A DNA stretch of 61,977 nt, counting the filler, from Choristocarpus tenellus KU-1152 (lineage: Eukaryota > Protista > Phaeophyceae), in assembly GCA_964200185.2 (NCBI GenBank). It is 6 parts of 6 records of this genome, joined end to end, with 100 filler letters (N's around TTAATTAATTAA, not from the genome) between each part and the next. Parts side by side here need not be neighbours in the genome. Positions count along the whole stretch, not along the records: positions 1 to 12,583 come from CAXNAD020001777.1; 5 more parts are not named here. One strand, given 5' to 3'. The first letter of the stretch is position 1, and each line of letters begins with the position of its first letter. This document shows, piece after piece, positions 1-12,683 of the stretch. The notes below the pieces were generated by a model. It was not told the origin of the DNA and searched no databases. It saw only the letters and a list, made by a program, of their open reading frames with translations. A program made the position numbers and the translations under genes.

Positions 1-497
1 ATCTCCCCTCTTTGAACCTGGTTGTTCCTTTTAAGATTTTGCCCCCCCCCCCCCCTCCCCCCCCTTTGTACTCTCATTACACCTAGAGTGGTATTACTAT
101 AGGCCGTTTTGAAAACATTTTTTTTTGTCATCAGTCATGGATGCATGTGATGTCACCACCTTCCATTTCCAATGAATGACAGGCGTGGATGCAATGAACA
201 TTACCTAGAAAATAGAATGCACCCTTGATTGACCCTATTGGCCCCCTCTATTGAAAACCTCAAGTTTGTGGACTTGATGGATTGACTTTTTTTCCCAGTC
301 CTATTGATTACAACACAAGGGTACTGCTGTTCAATGTCAAGTACAGTTGGCTATGCCTTTGTTGTGCTTCATGTTTCTGCCTTGTCCTCCCCCTCCCCCC
401 CCCCCCTCCCCCCCTGCCAATATATTACTTCTTCCACCTTGATACCGCTGCCATCACACTCAACACTGTTTCATATCCTTAATCAATGGGCACACAG

Positions 498-3293
498 GGC
501 AGTGAAAGTGAAAAGGGTCCATGCGGGGGAAAGAGGATAGGGGATGCAGGGCAGCTGTCCCAGCTGCTTCCATTTGGACTGCAGTTTCACCGTGCTCCTA
601 CAGACAATGACCGGGGAGGTTACTGCAGCCAATGGGAGGCAGCAGGCCTTCTGGGACCAGCTGTAGGACCATCACAAGTAAAATCAACCTGGGAGCGTCG
701 GGCAGTGGATGGGGCCACAACAATCACATCCGAGTTTGTCTTGAAGCCAAAGACCCCCAAGGGCAGGCTCTGCCAGCTCATGTACAAGGTGAGTACTTGG
801 TGTGTGGTGTTGGGGGAAGGGGAATTGTACGTTTTGTAATCTCTGAAACCCTAACCCTATGGGTGAATCCTTTCTATCGTGAAAGTTTTGGTTTGTTTGG
901 TTGGGTGTTGAACCCTATGCCTGCATTCTCTTTTATAGGTCCAGCTGCTCCTAATGGGATTTCTGATGGATTTACAGGGAAGGCAAGAACGCCCTTGTGA
1001 AGTGACATAAATATGCCACTGTTGATGCGTGGGCAGACAAAAAGCTTTCGCTTTGAAAAAACTGCAAGTGTGACTCCAGTGCAGCTCATGAAACCTCCTC
1101 CCCCATTGAGTATGTGTAATTTTGATCTGTCTAAATTCTTCCCCTTTCTGGAGCCATTCCCTCATTCCCTCTCATTCACCCTAACCCTAACCCATGAAAT
1201 AATCATGAAAATATGGCTGTATGTGATATAGATGGTGAGGATGCATGAGTGACTTTAATGGCATGTGTGTAATCATACTCAACTTCTTGATGACCAACAA
1301 CATTTTCTGTCCTCACCTCTATGCTTCTAATAGTATCATACCTACAAATACACCTCACAGACCAAACTTCCCAACTCCATATATACCAACTCCATCTCCA
1401 ACCCTCTCCTTTGCCGCTGCTGCCACAATGCAGGTTCGAGCCTTCTGGCTTGAGGCGGAGGTGGAGGTGGCAAAGGCAGGTGCCTTGGTTGAGGATGACA
1501 CCAAGGTGAGTGGAAAGCAGCATACATCACCACCCTTGCCACCAAGCATGACCCTCCAGGGACTTAAGCCAGATGAAGTTGCCTATGTGAGGGGGTTGGC
1601 AGCTGCCTGGCGACTAGGGCATGCTGCCGAGGATGACATGGGTTCCCCTCCTGGTAGGGGGGGAGTGAGGCTGTGGCTGCCACCAGCACGTCTTAATTCT
1701 ACGCATGACTTGGCCGTGGGGATGAGCGTTGCACCGGAGACTGCTGGAGGGGGAAGAGATGATGGAAACGACATACAAATGGAAGGAGGGGAGGCGACTG
1801 GGGATGCATTTGGGGGTGAANNNNNNNNNNGGTGAAGACAATGGCAGCAGTTTTGAGGGGGGAGAGATGACATGCAAGATGATATACACAGTGCTACCCT
1901 GTGGGACAATCACTGTGGATTGCGATGTGTCCATGCCAGAGCACTGGCCTGTGATCCCAAGGTGAGGTGCTGCTTGCATGTGATATGTGGCCTCTTCCCC
2001 CTGAGGCAAATGGTTTGAATCCCACCTTGTGGTTCAGTGAAAGAAATGTTGGAGTCGGTGTAAGGTCCAGTCCTATCAGAAAAATAAATCGGACTGTATA
2101 AATGATATACTTGGTATGCAATTACAATCTTACCGAATTGGAAGGGTTCAGATGTAATTATTGTTGATTCAAACTTGTTTTTGTTGTAACTCCTCAAACT
2201 AACTGGCCGATGAGAAGGCTGAATCAATAATGGCACATTTTTTCTCGTTAGGACTAGGACCATGGTGCAATTAGCCCTAACCCTATCACCGAAACCCCAT
2301 TCAACAATATGATGTATACTATTAATAGTAGTTCACTTCCGTAGCACTATCAGCAGTGCTACCCTCGAGCACACCAAAGTTTTCTCAGAATCCTTCAATA
2401 TACAGATGAAAAGATGTAGGTAATCAAATGTGTAGTTTTATCAATTGTCTTCTTTGTTCTTCATTTCCTTGATATCCCCTCCCCCTCCCCATGCCCTCTC
2501 TCTGTGCTGCCCTTTTGTCGGAAGGGTGGGCATCCGTGCCCTCCTAGCAAGGGGGTTTGAGGGATTGGAATGGTTTGGACGAGGACCCCATGAGAACTAC
2601 CCGGACCGAAACAAGTCTGCTCCTGTCCGCCAGTACACCTCCTCAGTAGGGGCCCAATTCACCCCCTATATACGTCCAGGGGAATGTGGCGGTAGAAGTG
2701 ATGCGCGTTGGGTAGAGATTAGCAAGCCTCTGACATCCACTAACACTCTCTCAAGCACAGGTGATGACTATGACTCAATGAAAAGGAAAGTAAGGGGAAC
2801 CAACAGTAGCATTGGGGGGAATGCGGAGGGTGTGGATGAGGAGATGCAGGTAGATGGTGAGCCACAGAGCACACCATCATCGGGGACATTCCCATCTATT
2901 CTATTTTGCATCCCTGGTGGGGGAAGATTCTGCTTCAGTGCCTTGCCCCACCTAGCTGAGGATCTGGCCTCCGCAATGCATCCTGAGGACCTAGTCAAAC
3001 GCCCCTGGACAACTCTGAACCTGGATCATCGCCTTATGGGCGTAGGGGGGGATGACTCCTGGACTGCCTGTGTGCATGATGAATACCTTGTGCACCCTGG
3101 GAGGTTCACCTTCTCATTTGCCCTTGCAGCTTATTGGCGTGGGGTTGCAGCAACAGCAGATGGGAGAATGGAGGGAAGGGTGAAAACAAAGGAAGGGGAG
3201 GAGGGAAGTGCCAGCAAGGAGGCTCCTCTAGTTTGGCATAGGCTGAGGAATGCAGCAGTAGGTGGTCGAAGTGGTGGCGATGGTGGGAGATGA
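498..3293 (+). CDS. lacZ: GH2 (LacZ-type) beta-galactosidase, C-terminal small-chain domain; last three exons, 5' part outside the window
   Basis: Exons ~498-788 (FHRAPTDNDRGGY; donor AAG|GTGAGT), 1434-1961 (spans a 10-N gap; ends YTVLPCGTITVDCDV..PVIPR) and 2525-3293 (VGI..WFGRGPHENYPDR..PYIRPGECGGRSDARW..LNLDHRLMGVGGDDSW, stop TGA). These are the Bgal_small_N motifs, and splice phases are consistent. Confidence 0.93.
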
Positions 3294-3960
3294 CTCTACT
3301 GAATAAGTATTAGTAGCAAATGACCTTCATGGGGTATGTGTGGGATGATGTGTGTTACAAGGGTAGAGTGGGGCCTTCGTGAAGTGGCGTGCTTAAGGCT
3401 GACTCTATTGCGGGTATATATCTGTCTGTCTGTCTTTCAAATCATTGGAGCTTTGTTTTACCTTTACTTTCCCTTTGGTGTACCGAATGGATGTGTTGAA
3501 TTTTGGCCAACACGAAGAAATGGTTGCTTAACTACTAGTATGTTCCATTCTTCAGTGCCACCATGCCAATGCAGCTTGCACCCACTGTGCGCTTTGAACT
3601 ATACAGAAGAGATATCCTCTAATAAATCTCAACTCTGGTGTAACTTGTCACCACGACATGCATGCTCTCTTCTTTTTGCAGTTAAATTTGGATGGAGGTT
3701 ACTGAGTTATTGGATTTTCTATCCACTAGGAAAAATTGGTGGGCTGTAGGAGGAAGGTGTGATACGTGCTCTGAATATCTTATGGGTGACAAATTATTGT
3801 TGAAGTACAAAATATAGTAGAGGTTTGTCCACATTATTATTGATGGTAGACATGTTATAATCATCTACTAAAATGAAGCTGCTGTCAAATAAAATCCTAT
3901 TGATAGAGGTCCAGAGTACTAAAAGAGGTAACAGATCACGAAGATGATCTCCCGACCTCG

Positions 3961-3987
3961 GAGTCAAAGTAAGCGAGATGTACGCAG
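3961..3987. mobile_element. Isolated terminus of the TIR element family seen complete at 52481-52735
   Basis: GAGTCAAAGTAAGCGAGATGTACGCAG is near-identical to the reverse complement of 52709-52735 (GAGTCAAAGTAAACGAGAGGTACTCAG). Confidence 0.55.
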
Positions 3988-4025
3988 AGTTGCAACGTGG
4001 TGCATAATTGTAAATGTTGTCTAAC

Positions 4026-4296
4026 GACTCATAATATCCTAGAGGGGGGTTAGGTGTCCATTCAGTGCCGGTGTGAGGTTGTGGTGATTTACGTGTCATC
4101 TGAGTGAAAGTGTCAGACATAGGGGCAATTTCCTTCATCTAAACGCACCTTTCCTTTCCCATCCCCAGCCTGAACCAAATCCAACGGAAAGTACTCGCAA
4201 AATGGGTATCAAGCCAGTGTATCTTACAACACCCTCTTTAAGTTCCGAATAGACAACGTGGGCCAAACACCCCCTCTCTCTAAGATATAATATAGC
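4026..4296. mobile_element. Degenerate ~270 bp TIR element (AAAGTATCT clan)
   Basis: Left end GACTCATAATATCCTAGAGGGGGG and right end CCCCTCTCTCTAAGATATAAT; carries the subterminal GGTGTCCATT motif shared with other clan members. No TSD is visible. Confidence 0.5.
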
Positions 4297-4835
4297 ACCC
4301 CCTTTCTATATGTATTCCAACCATTTTCCTTACTTTTTTGAGAAGATGTTGACAAAGAAAGTATTTTATTTGATTTTATTCTGTCTGGCAGGCCCTGACC
4401 CGAAATACTCTCGTTAGTTCTAAATTCCCTATTGAACAATTTATAGGTCAAATTCACAAAGAGATCTCACAGCTGCACATAGCATGTGCTAATTCGAAAC
4501 TCATTTCCAGGTGTCGGAAGGTCAGATGAAAGGAAGTCTTTTAACCCCATATCGACCTCGTACGACACTCTCATGTTGTCCATTTTTAGTAACAGGAAGT
4601 AGGTTGCCAACGTTTTGGTAGGAGGACGATTGCCTAGGAACCATTTTCATCGCACTAGGAAGTATGACAGCGCGAACAGAGAGAGCAAGAAGTGCCAATA
4701 TCATGACGAACATCGCTTTTCTAAGGATACCTGGTGCGAAATTAGTCAAATATCCGCTGGGGATACTCACCTGCCCCATCCATAATTGATAGTTCAAAGT
4801 CTATACTACGCAGTCTCGACGTAGTATCTGTATTT

Positions 4836-4989
4836 GTCTCAAAGTATCTCGGAGGGTGTGGCGGCTGTCCATTATTGGGTGATGTTGCTGCCATACGTCT
4901 GATGGATAATCCAAATGCACTTTTCCCGGTTTTGGTCCAAATGGACACCCTCGTGTAGACCCCCCCCACCCCCCCAGATACTTTGGGTC
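4836..4989. mobile_element. MITE, short subfamily, with 4-bp TSD
   Basis: TIRs GTCTCAAAGTATCTCGGAGGG and CCCCCCAGATACTTTGGGTC; ATTT directly repeated at 4832-4835 and 4990-4993; interior homologous to 54867-55047, 55151-55303 and 58311-58473. Confidence 0.85.
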
Positions 4990-5384
4990 ATTTTTGTCTC
5001 GATCATAAACAAGGTGACAAGGTAGGAGTGTTGTACGGTCTTGATGAGGAGTGTCTAATATTTTGTTTTTGTTTCCGCGCGCCCCAACAACCCGCCAACC
5101 ACCTACGCGCGCCATGTACTTGAAGTATGTCAGGCTTGTTTTGGCTGTTGGGCATTTTCTCTTATGTCCTACAACAAGAACGCCTCTTGCATTCATTGAT
5201 TCTCACACTCCCTCCCCCCTGCCCCAAGAAACTTAATTACTACTGACTATCATATCACTCCCACTACAACTCGGCATCAATAGTCGAACAACCACGACCT
5301 ATTGTGCGCATCGCTGAACTGTTGCTACTGAGGAGAAGAAACCCGGCGACCACACCCCCTCCATTATCTATCATAATAATAAAT

Positions 5385-8300
5385 ATGGAATCATCGTCAC
5401 CGTCAGTCTTGTCTTCGAGCCTGGCCTCCTACAACAACTCCTCTTCTCTGTCCGCTGAAGGCGCAACATCTTCCACATCCGAAAATTCCGAGTATCAGAT
5501 GGTGGTATGTATGTCACGAGAGTATCTATTATCTGCTCGATGATACATACACATTGCATGTACTACCACAATGGATATTTGTTTGTTTGTTAGCAGATTT
5601 ACAGTCAACTGCGTCGTAGATTACCAAGACGAGATATCTCCTAGGTACTGCATGGGGCAGACAATCTGCACCATTGGTTGTTTGTAAGTAGGGATCCGAT
5701 TTTCTCGCCCCTCTCCTCATCTAAGCCTTTGGCCACGCGCGTAGAGAAGAGTGTACTGTCAGTGGTCTTACCTACTGTGTTGTCGTTTGGTTACAAACCT
5801 TCCCCAACGCCCCAAGTACCAGGGTGGGCCCATCAGGTCCGTTAGGGTATGTGGCATACTCTTATTAGCAGAGACTTCTAACTAAATCAGTACTCCTACC
5901 ATTATATACCATGACTCGTTACGTAGATCCCCTCCCTCCCTCCCTTGTTGACTGTTGATGGTTTACGTAGAACAAGGGAAATGTGTTGGATACGTGAAAA
6001 CGCCTCCAACGCAGGTGAAGCTACAGTACTACTACTACTGTACGATACGACTCTAGGTTCCATCAGAGAACTTGGTCAGTAGAGAGTAGTGGTGTGGTAT
6101 TTCCCTGTAGAGGAGGCGCGTAGCTGAACCTCGATCTCCCATTGCTATGTGCAAATCCTATCGACAGCAGACAGTCGGTCTCCCCACACTGCTTGCGATG
6201 TTTCCTCGATTTTTTGCATCACCAGATGCAGCACTCCTCCACATCTTCATCGGAGGACTTGAGTGAAATATCTTCGGTTTCCTCGACACCATCCTCTGTG
6301 GTGCGTTTTCGCAGGGCGTATGTTGATTATTTGTGTCAGGTCTGGGCAGATTGAACTTGAGTGCGGTCTAGTCGATGGTTGGGCTACTTCTTTCTCCAGT
6401 GTCGTTTGACTTGCCTGGCTGGCCCTGGTTGCAATGGCTCCGTTCGCTGCTCGTGCCACTCCCCTTCTATTCATCGGGTTGGTCTCGGATTTAGTACCCT
6501 GAGTCCTCGCATGCATAATCTATGGAAAAAATGAAAGGTGGCCAGGTTGCACCATGTGACTCACCTTCTTCCTTTCTCGACCCCCCAAAAGATGTCCAGG
6601 AGAAGAGTGGCAAAGGACGGGTCGTCAGAAGACTTGGTGAATCAGTGCCTTGAGGTCGCCAAGAAAAATGTAGGCACTTCAGAGGGTGTCCGCTTTGTAC
6701 GAAAGGGTTTTTGATGTTGTGTATGCAAATTGATGGTTGGAAGAGAGTATGGTAGCGTAAAACGAAAGGCAGGTGTGCAATGTGGTGAGTGGATGGGGGC
6801 GGTGGGTGGCACTTCTGTGCAAGAAAGAGCAGCGTACATCTAGTAGAGGTTCTGTACCAAGAGCCCATTTCTTTAAGGATCTAACCTCCTACCCCACTTC
6901 TTCCAAAATAGATCATGTGGATCCTCGAAAACAATGAGGGCAGGAAGAGGGGCAGTGAAGACTCCGTGCCCAGGGCAATATACAAGAACCTGCAGCGACA
7001 AGCCCGCATCACCACAAAGGTGAATTGTTATCCTTAGCAGGTATCATCATCAGCAGCAGCAGTGCTGAGCCTGGTGAGAGTTGTTGAAAGCATAGATGAG
7101 GAAGATCTGTCTGATCGAAAGGTTCACTCTTGCTGAGGTCAAAGGTAGGTTGAGGTAAGATAATGTGAGGCACAAAGAAGTGTTGTTTGAGATGCTTCTT
7201 GGGTATTGTGGACATGACCACTAGTAAACTGAGTTATGAGGTAAGGTGTCAATAAATTTCGTCAAACCTTGATGTTTTTGTAGCAACTGTGATCATGTCA
7301 AACCTCTCCTCTCGCAAGTGTGAGCATTGTACACAATAGAGCTAACCCTGAGCCCCGTCTATCTGTATCTCTTTTGTAAGCAGGAACTGTCTGATTTGCA
7401 GCAGCAGGCTGATCTGGAGAAGAAGGAGCTGTTGGCCCAGTATCAACGTGCTGCCCGTGCCAGGTCTTCCGCTGAGGCACAGATTCGTGTACAGAGGGAG
7501 GAACACAATGAGGCATCACAAACCATGGCCAAGGTACTGTCCTGTCAGACAATGACTCGAGATGTGTGGAATTGGATTTTGTTTCAAGGGATTGGAGATT
7601 GGCATACAGTCAGATACTGGCAGGTATGGAGGTAATATGAGTCGGATATGCTGAGTGCCATATTGAGATTGGTGAATACTACTGGGAAGGCATTTTTTCT
7701 TGAGCTGTTTAAGTGAAGAAGCGGGTAGTTTGTGTCCTATTAATATATGAGAAGGGTTTTACTGCACCCTGCATGGGTGCTTTCTATTTCCGGAGCCCAA
7801 AAACACAATTGATGATTGATTTCCTTCCCATGTTTACTGGCATGTCTCTTGATTAATGTGGGTTGGTAATGATAGTGCTGCCCTTAGGGTACTCCTATAT
7901 CCTGAGCTGTGTTTTTCTCTTTTCTGGGAGGGTTGAGAAAGGCTCGAGGGTTCATCATGTTTTCTCTCTGCCTCTGCCCATCAATAATTCCCCAACTAGG
8001 AAATGGACAAGCTGCGGCTCGAGCTTGCAGCCGAGAGGGCCAAGTCAGCAAACATGATGGAAGAGCTTCATGTTCTGCGAGCATCCTCTGCGCATGTGAG
8101 TTTCACTGGCAAGCGATGTTGAGTTGTTGGGAAGTGGGCAATCAAATGCAAATATCTACCTTGATGCTTTACGGTAGAGCGCTATATAGCAGCACCTTTG
8201 AAACGCATGCCTATTGCATTTGGATGTGATGTTTCCAACTACAAAATTCTAGATTGATGGAACTCTAACATTTTGTTGTTGTGGTTGAGTGTATCTAACA

Positions 8301-9350
8301 TTCCTGAACCCCAGCTCAGCTTGGCATTTTTCTTTTTAATTGCTGCCCACCCAATGTTGAATGCATGATAATATATACGAGCCAACATTGGCACTGTGTT
8401 ACCTTCTATTATCCAGGTTCATTGCGCTCCAGAACCCACTTGTGAGTCCCCTTGCCTGATGGCAATACCGGACAAGGAGAATACGACCCCTAGACTCTGC
8501 CAAAAGCCAAGTGCCAGGGTGCGCACTCCACTTGGGGGCATTCGCCCTGCTGCGCTTCAAGGTAGTTGGGTGGAGGACCAAATTTTGATTGATCTGATTA
8601 CTGTTTTGCAATAGTGTGCAGAGATTGACTCCGTCACTGACGTCCAAGCAACATGGATGGCTCAAGGGGGGCCTGCATATGTATGTTTGTTGTTTGGTTG
8701 TGCATTGGGTGGAGATATTTCCGTGAATGTTTAAGTGGTGATAAATATTGTGTGACCCTTGAACCTTCCTTCCGCTGTTGGCATTGCTTGTTGTTCATGT
8801 CCTTGACAGTCTCGTCAGGCAAGGCGGGATCACAGGTGGCTTCTCCTTGCCATGTCACCAGGGTTAGAAAGGAAGCTGCCTCCCAGATGTCCAGAGCATC
8901 CTCATCGGTGGCAAGGGCAGCAGGAAAGGTCACTGAGGAGCAAGAACGGTCGCAGGGTGTCAGCAGCAGGACAAGCACAACAAGGGAGGTCAGGACGAAC
9001 AGGTAGGTTGCTATCCATAGTGTAGTGTAATTTCCACTTGTGCAACTCCCTTGAATGGCGTGTTGGTTGAGTATTTTGATGGTGGGGCACAAAACGTATA
9101 GTCAGTCCACTGTGATATATTTTGAGTGGGGAGGATGAACTTGGACTCAGTGAATCCTTTGCCCACCGGCTGAAGGATCGCTTCTCATGCTGTGTGTTCT
9201 GTTTCAACAACTTGCATTGATCAACACCATGCCCTCCACCTGTGCATTTGTGTCCCTGATTCACACCCACATCAGGACTTTGACCAAGACATCAGCAACA
9301 ACCAGGGCAGGGACTGGGCTGCGGACTAGGTGAGTTAATTTGGTGCTGTG

Positions 9351-9381
<31 letters not shown>

Positions 9382-9585
9382 TGTGCTGTGTGGAGGAGCT
9401 CCCCCCCTTCTAACTTAGTGATATATACCCCACTGAAATTGGTATCCTTGACATCTCTGACTCATACCAACATGCAATTTGATCTGTTTGTGTGTGACCC
9501 CTCTCCTGCTTTTTTTCTTTTCAGGGCAGTGACAAGGACATCTACAGCATTCACCGGGGGGCCAGCGAGAGGGACCAGGTGGTGA
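5385..9585 (+). CDS. Uncharacterised 9-exon coiled-coil protein (~363 aa) with KEN and D-box-like motifs and a basic S/T/R-rich tail
   Basis: Exons 5385-5504, 6175-6339, 6912-7019, 7384-7533, 8000-8095, 8417-8561, 8810-9002, 9276-9329 and 9525-9585. All introns are GT-AG, phases match, and the total of 1092 nt is open to TGA. The heptad-like segment is ELSDLQQQADLEKKELLAQYQRAARAR..EMDKLRLELAAERAK. Confidence 0.8.
9355..9381. repeat. (TG)n microsatellite, intronic
   Basis: Direct reading of the sequence. Confidence 0.9.
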
Positions 9586-9825
9586 CATGAAGTTTCAGAA
9601 TTGCTGGTGTGGAGCTGAAAATATGTTTTGATTTCCATTTCCCCTGCTTTTATGTAGTGGTGGTGTGCTGAGGGGCATCCACCAATCTCTATGTCAGCAG
9701 GAGGGTGAGGTTGAGATTTTTTTCTTGGACTGTCACCTGTGCTTTCTTGGCTGTGTTTTATCTGAGCCAGGGGTCCTATGACTTGAACTTTTCCAAATAT
9801 CCATTGCCAAGCAGCCTTATAAGAA

Positions 9826-9828
<3 letters not shown>

Positions 9829-9857
<29 letters not shown>

Positions 9858-9860
9858 TAT
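9829..9860. repeat. (TTA)n microsatellite
   Basis: Direct reading of the sequence. Confidence 0.9.
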
Positions 9861-12562
9861 TTTGATCAATATTGATAGCATTGTGTGGTTGTGTTTGCTG
9901 TTTCTCAAGTGATATAGTGTGAGTGACTTTCTGGTGTGGGAATCCATTGCAACAGTCCTAGACCACACCACTTGTTTGTTTTTACTATTTACCAACCTTG
10001 TTGTCTGCGGTGGGTGGTTTTATTCATATACTGTTGGCATGCAGGTACTTGGTAATATCAAGGTATAATCACCGGATTGATTTGATGCTTTGCTCCAAAC
10101 ATGATACTGACCTCTCTCCCCTGTTTTGTCCCCTCTCCTGCCCCTATCCCTCCCCCCTGCCCCGGTAAAAACTTGTTGCATTTTCCAGGTCACAAGCAAA
10201 GCCTCCAGCGGGGAAACCCCGAATGGTTTTCTAGTCCAACAATCCTCGAGTGTATTGGAGGCCTGTTGTGTGTGATTCCACCCTTGGTTAGAAGAAGAAG
10301 AACCCTTGGTCCTCTGTTTTGAATAGCCCATCTTGGTGGTAGCTGTGTTTCATAGAAGGAGTTTCTTAGGAAGCAGGAAGATGTTGGTGAAATAAGGGGG
10401 GAATCCCAGGTCAGGACTGGTATGAACTGAGTCATCTGTGTCCATGGTTGAGAAAGCACTTTGTGGACAAGTTGCTTTCCTAGAGATGCAGCTATTCTCC
10501 TTGCTGGCTGTTTCATTATGTTGCGTGACTTTTGATTGGTGCAGGTGACAATAGTGTTAGGTTCTGAGTGAGGTGAAGTGTTGAACAGCATGGATAGTGA
10601 CAGGTGTGGCTGACAAGTGGGGCAACCCTTGTGATTGATGTTTTTGGTCTGAGGATGGCGTCAAAGTAACAGCACAGGCAAAAACAGAGTATGAAGGGAT
10701 ACTATGATAGAGACGTGTGCAGGTTGTGCTTTGGTCTGTGGTGCTCTGAAAAAGAAGAAAACAAGTTGAGATCAAGGGGGGGATTATAGGTGATGCTTGA
10801 TGTGTTTGAATACTCAGTGAATGTGGAGGGGGAAATTGAAATTTACATGTAAGGTGAGGTATTGGGGTAAAGATTGGAATGAGGGTTAGTAAAACATGGC
10901 ATCTCCATGTATGAGGAGGTTGGGACACCGAGGGAGGGGGTTTATGTGGTGGGATATATTTGGGAGAGATTGTGTATTGTGGTATCTTTTGATGAATGTA
11001 GTTGGATGTACATTTACATTTGCATCCTACTCATATTGCCGCCCTCTCAGCTTGTGTCTTTTTTATTTAGGCTTAGGTCCTGAGTATTTCAGCAGAATGC
11101 TTGCACCCCAGCAGCGTTGGACGTGATTGGTGATGGCAGTGTTCCATTATATTGGGGTGGCATTTTGAGTAAGGGAATGTTGGTAAGGCACGGCAGAGCA
11201 ACCAGGATGGGTATTGTGAGAAGTCTCACACTCTGAATTGGGGGTGTAGGGCATTGCTTTGTTAGGTTATATGTGAATACAGATCAGTAGGGTAGGCACA
11301 GGAAGGTGACTGGGATGGCCATGTGAGTTTATGGTGTAAGGAGGGGAGGGTTGATGGCAGTTGTATTAATATTGGGGGTTCACAACCAAACCCACTTGTT
11401 GTATGGATTTAGACCAGGAATGTGGTGTAGTACAAGAAGGCGCCATTTTGAGAGTGTATTTTCTTGTTTAGGCAATTTTTGATATCAAAATTGAGTTTTT
11501 TTCTAATTGATTGCAGTTATTGGGAAGGTACAGGTGGTGTGGAGTTAATTAATACTATACTATATAACTTTAATGCATTGCATAATCCATACCTTGAAGA
11601 AATTAAAGTAAGCTTAGGGATGATGGCGATGATGCCAGTACAATCTGCCACAATTCCTCATTTGTGTCTTTCGGGATGATTTGGAACTTCTTGCAGTCGC
11701 CACTCTCCTCTCAACCCAGGGACACCATAAATTCTTGTTCATTTAAACAGTGTCGAGAAGTTATGGAGCTGGTGATCTTTTGGGAGTGCCTGCTGTACGC
11801 TGCTTTTCTCAATTGGTTATAATTCTTTCTTTTGGGGGATGGGCAGTGTTGTGAAACGTCCTTCTTTCCTTTGTCTGAAACGTGATAGGTGGTTTAGATT
11901 ATAAAAATGTATTGTGATATTCTAATCTTTTCTTTTCCCCTTCGTTTCTACAGGACCTGGTGATTGTAATGGCATTGATGACGTCCTATCACAAGTATTG
12001 TTGCTGTTATTTTTTATTAATGGTACATTGTGCTTGGGTTTTTGGTCACCCTTTTTGTTGTAATCTGTAAAGGGTAATGCGAGTAGTAATTGTTGTAGTA
12101 GAAATAATAATACAAATATCAACATTAGCAATGATAATTTTATCAACAATAGTATTGATAACGATTGTAGTAACATTACAATTAGTGCAGACAGTGAGCG
12201 ACAAATAGTTTTCGTCACTACGCAAGTGGCTTTCTCAAACCTTAACATGCATTTCACGCAAGAGACACCAAGGAGATGGGCAAGAAGGGGCTACTTAGAT
12301 TCTTGGGATGCTTCACTAACCCCTCGCCCACTTTTGTAGAGCTAAGCCAGGTTAGAGGCATAGCACACTACACATAACTTTGTAATTACTACCCTTCAAA
12401 AGCGGGTTGGAGTATAGCTGGCAGTCAAAGATAAGATAGTGTTTGAAGAGATATCTTTGACATTTACGACAACTGTTACTTCTACAGGGGTCCCAGTGAC
12501 ATTGGTTTGGCTCTTCCCCTAACACATCTGCAAAATGTCAGAGGGCATAATAGTATAATATT

Positions 12563-12583
12563 GACCTAAAGTATCTGGAGGGG
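12563..12583. mobile_element. MITE terminus truncated by the assembly spacer
   Basis: GACCTAAAGTATCTGGAGGGG runs directly into Ns. Confidence 0.7.
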
Positions 12584-12683
12584 NNNNNNNNNNNNNNNNN
12601 NNNNNNNNNNNNNNNNNNNNNNNNNNNTTAATTAATTAANNNNNNNNNNNNNNNNNNNNNNNNNNNNNNNNNNNNNNNNNNNN
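12584..12683. other. Artificial contig spacer (44N-TTAATTAATTAA-44N)
   Basis: Identical 100-nt structure occurs five times; the palindromic core gives stops in all six frames. Confidence 0.97.

Noticed and set aside
1821-1830. Apparent frameshift in beta-galactosidase
   Set aside because: The 10-N placeholder has GGTGAA on both sides; collapsing it restores the reading frame.
10000-11700. Strand-biased region that may be a decayed LINE on the minus strand
   Set aside because: No reverse transcriptase or endonuclease motif could be read with confidence.
12628-12639. Recurrent palindrome TTAATTAATTAA as a biological motif
   Set aside because: It is always centred in exactly 44+44 Ns, so it is an assembly linker.
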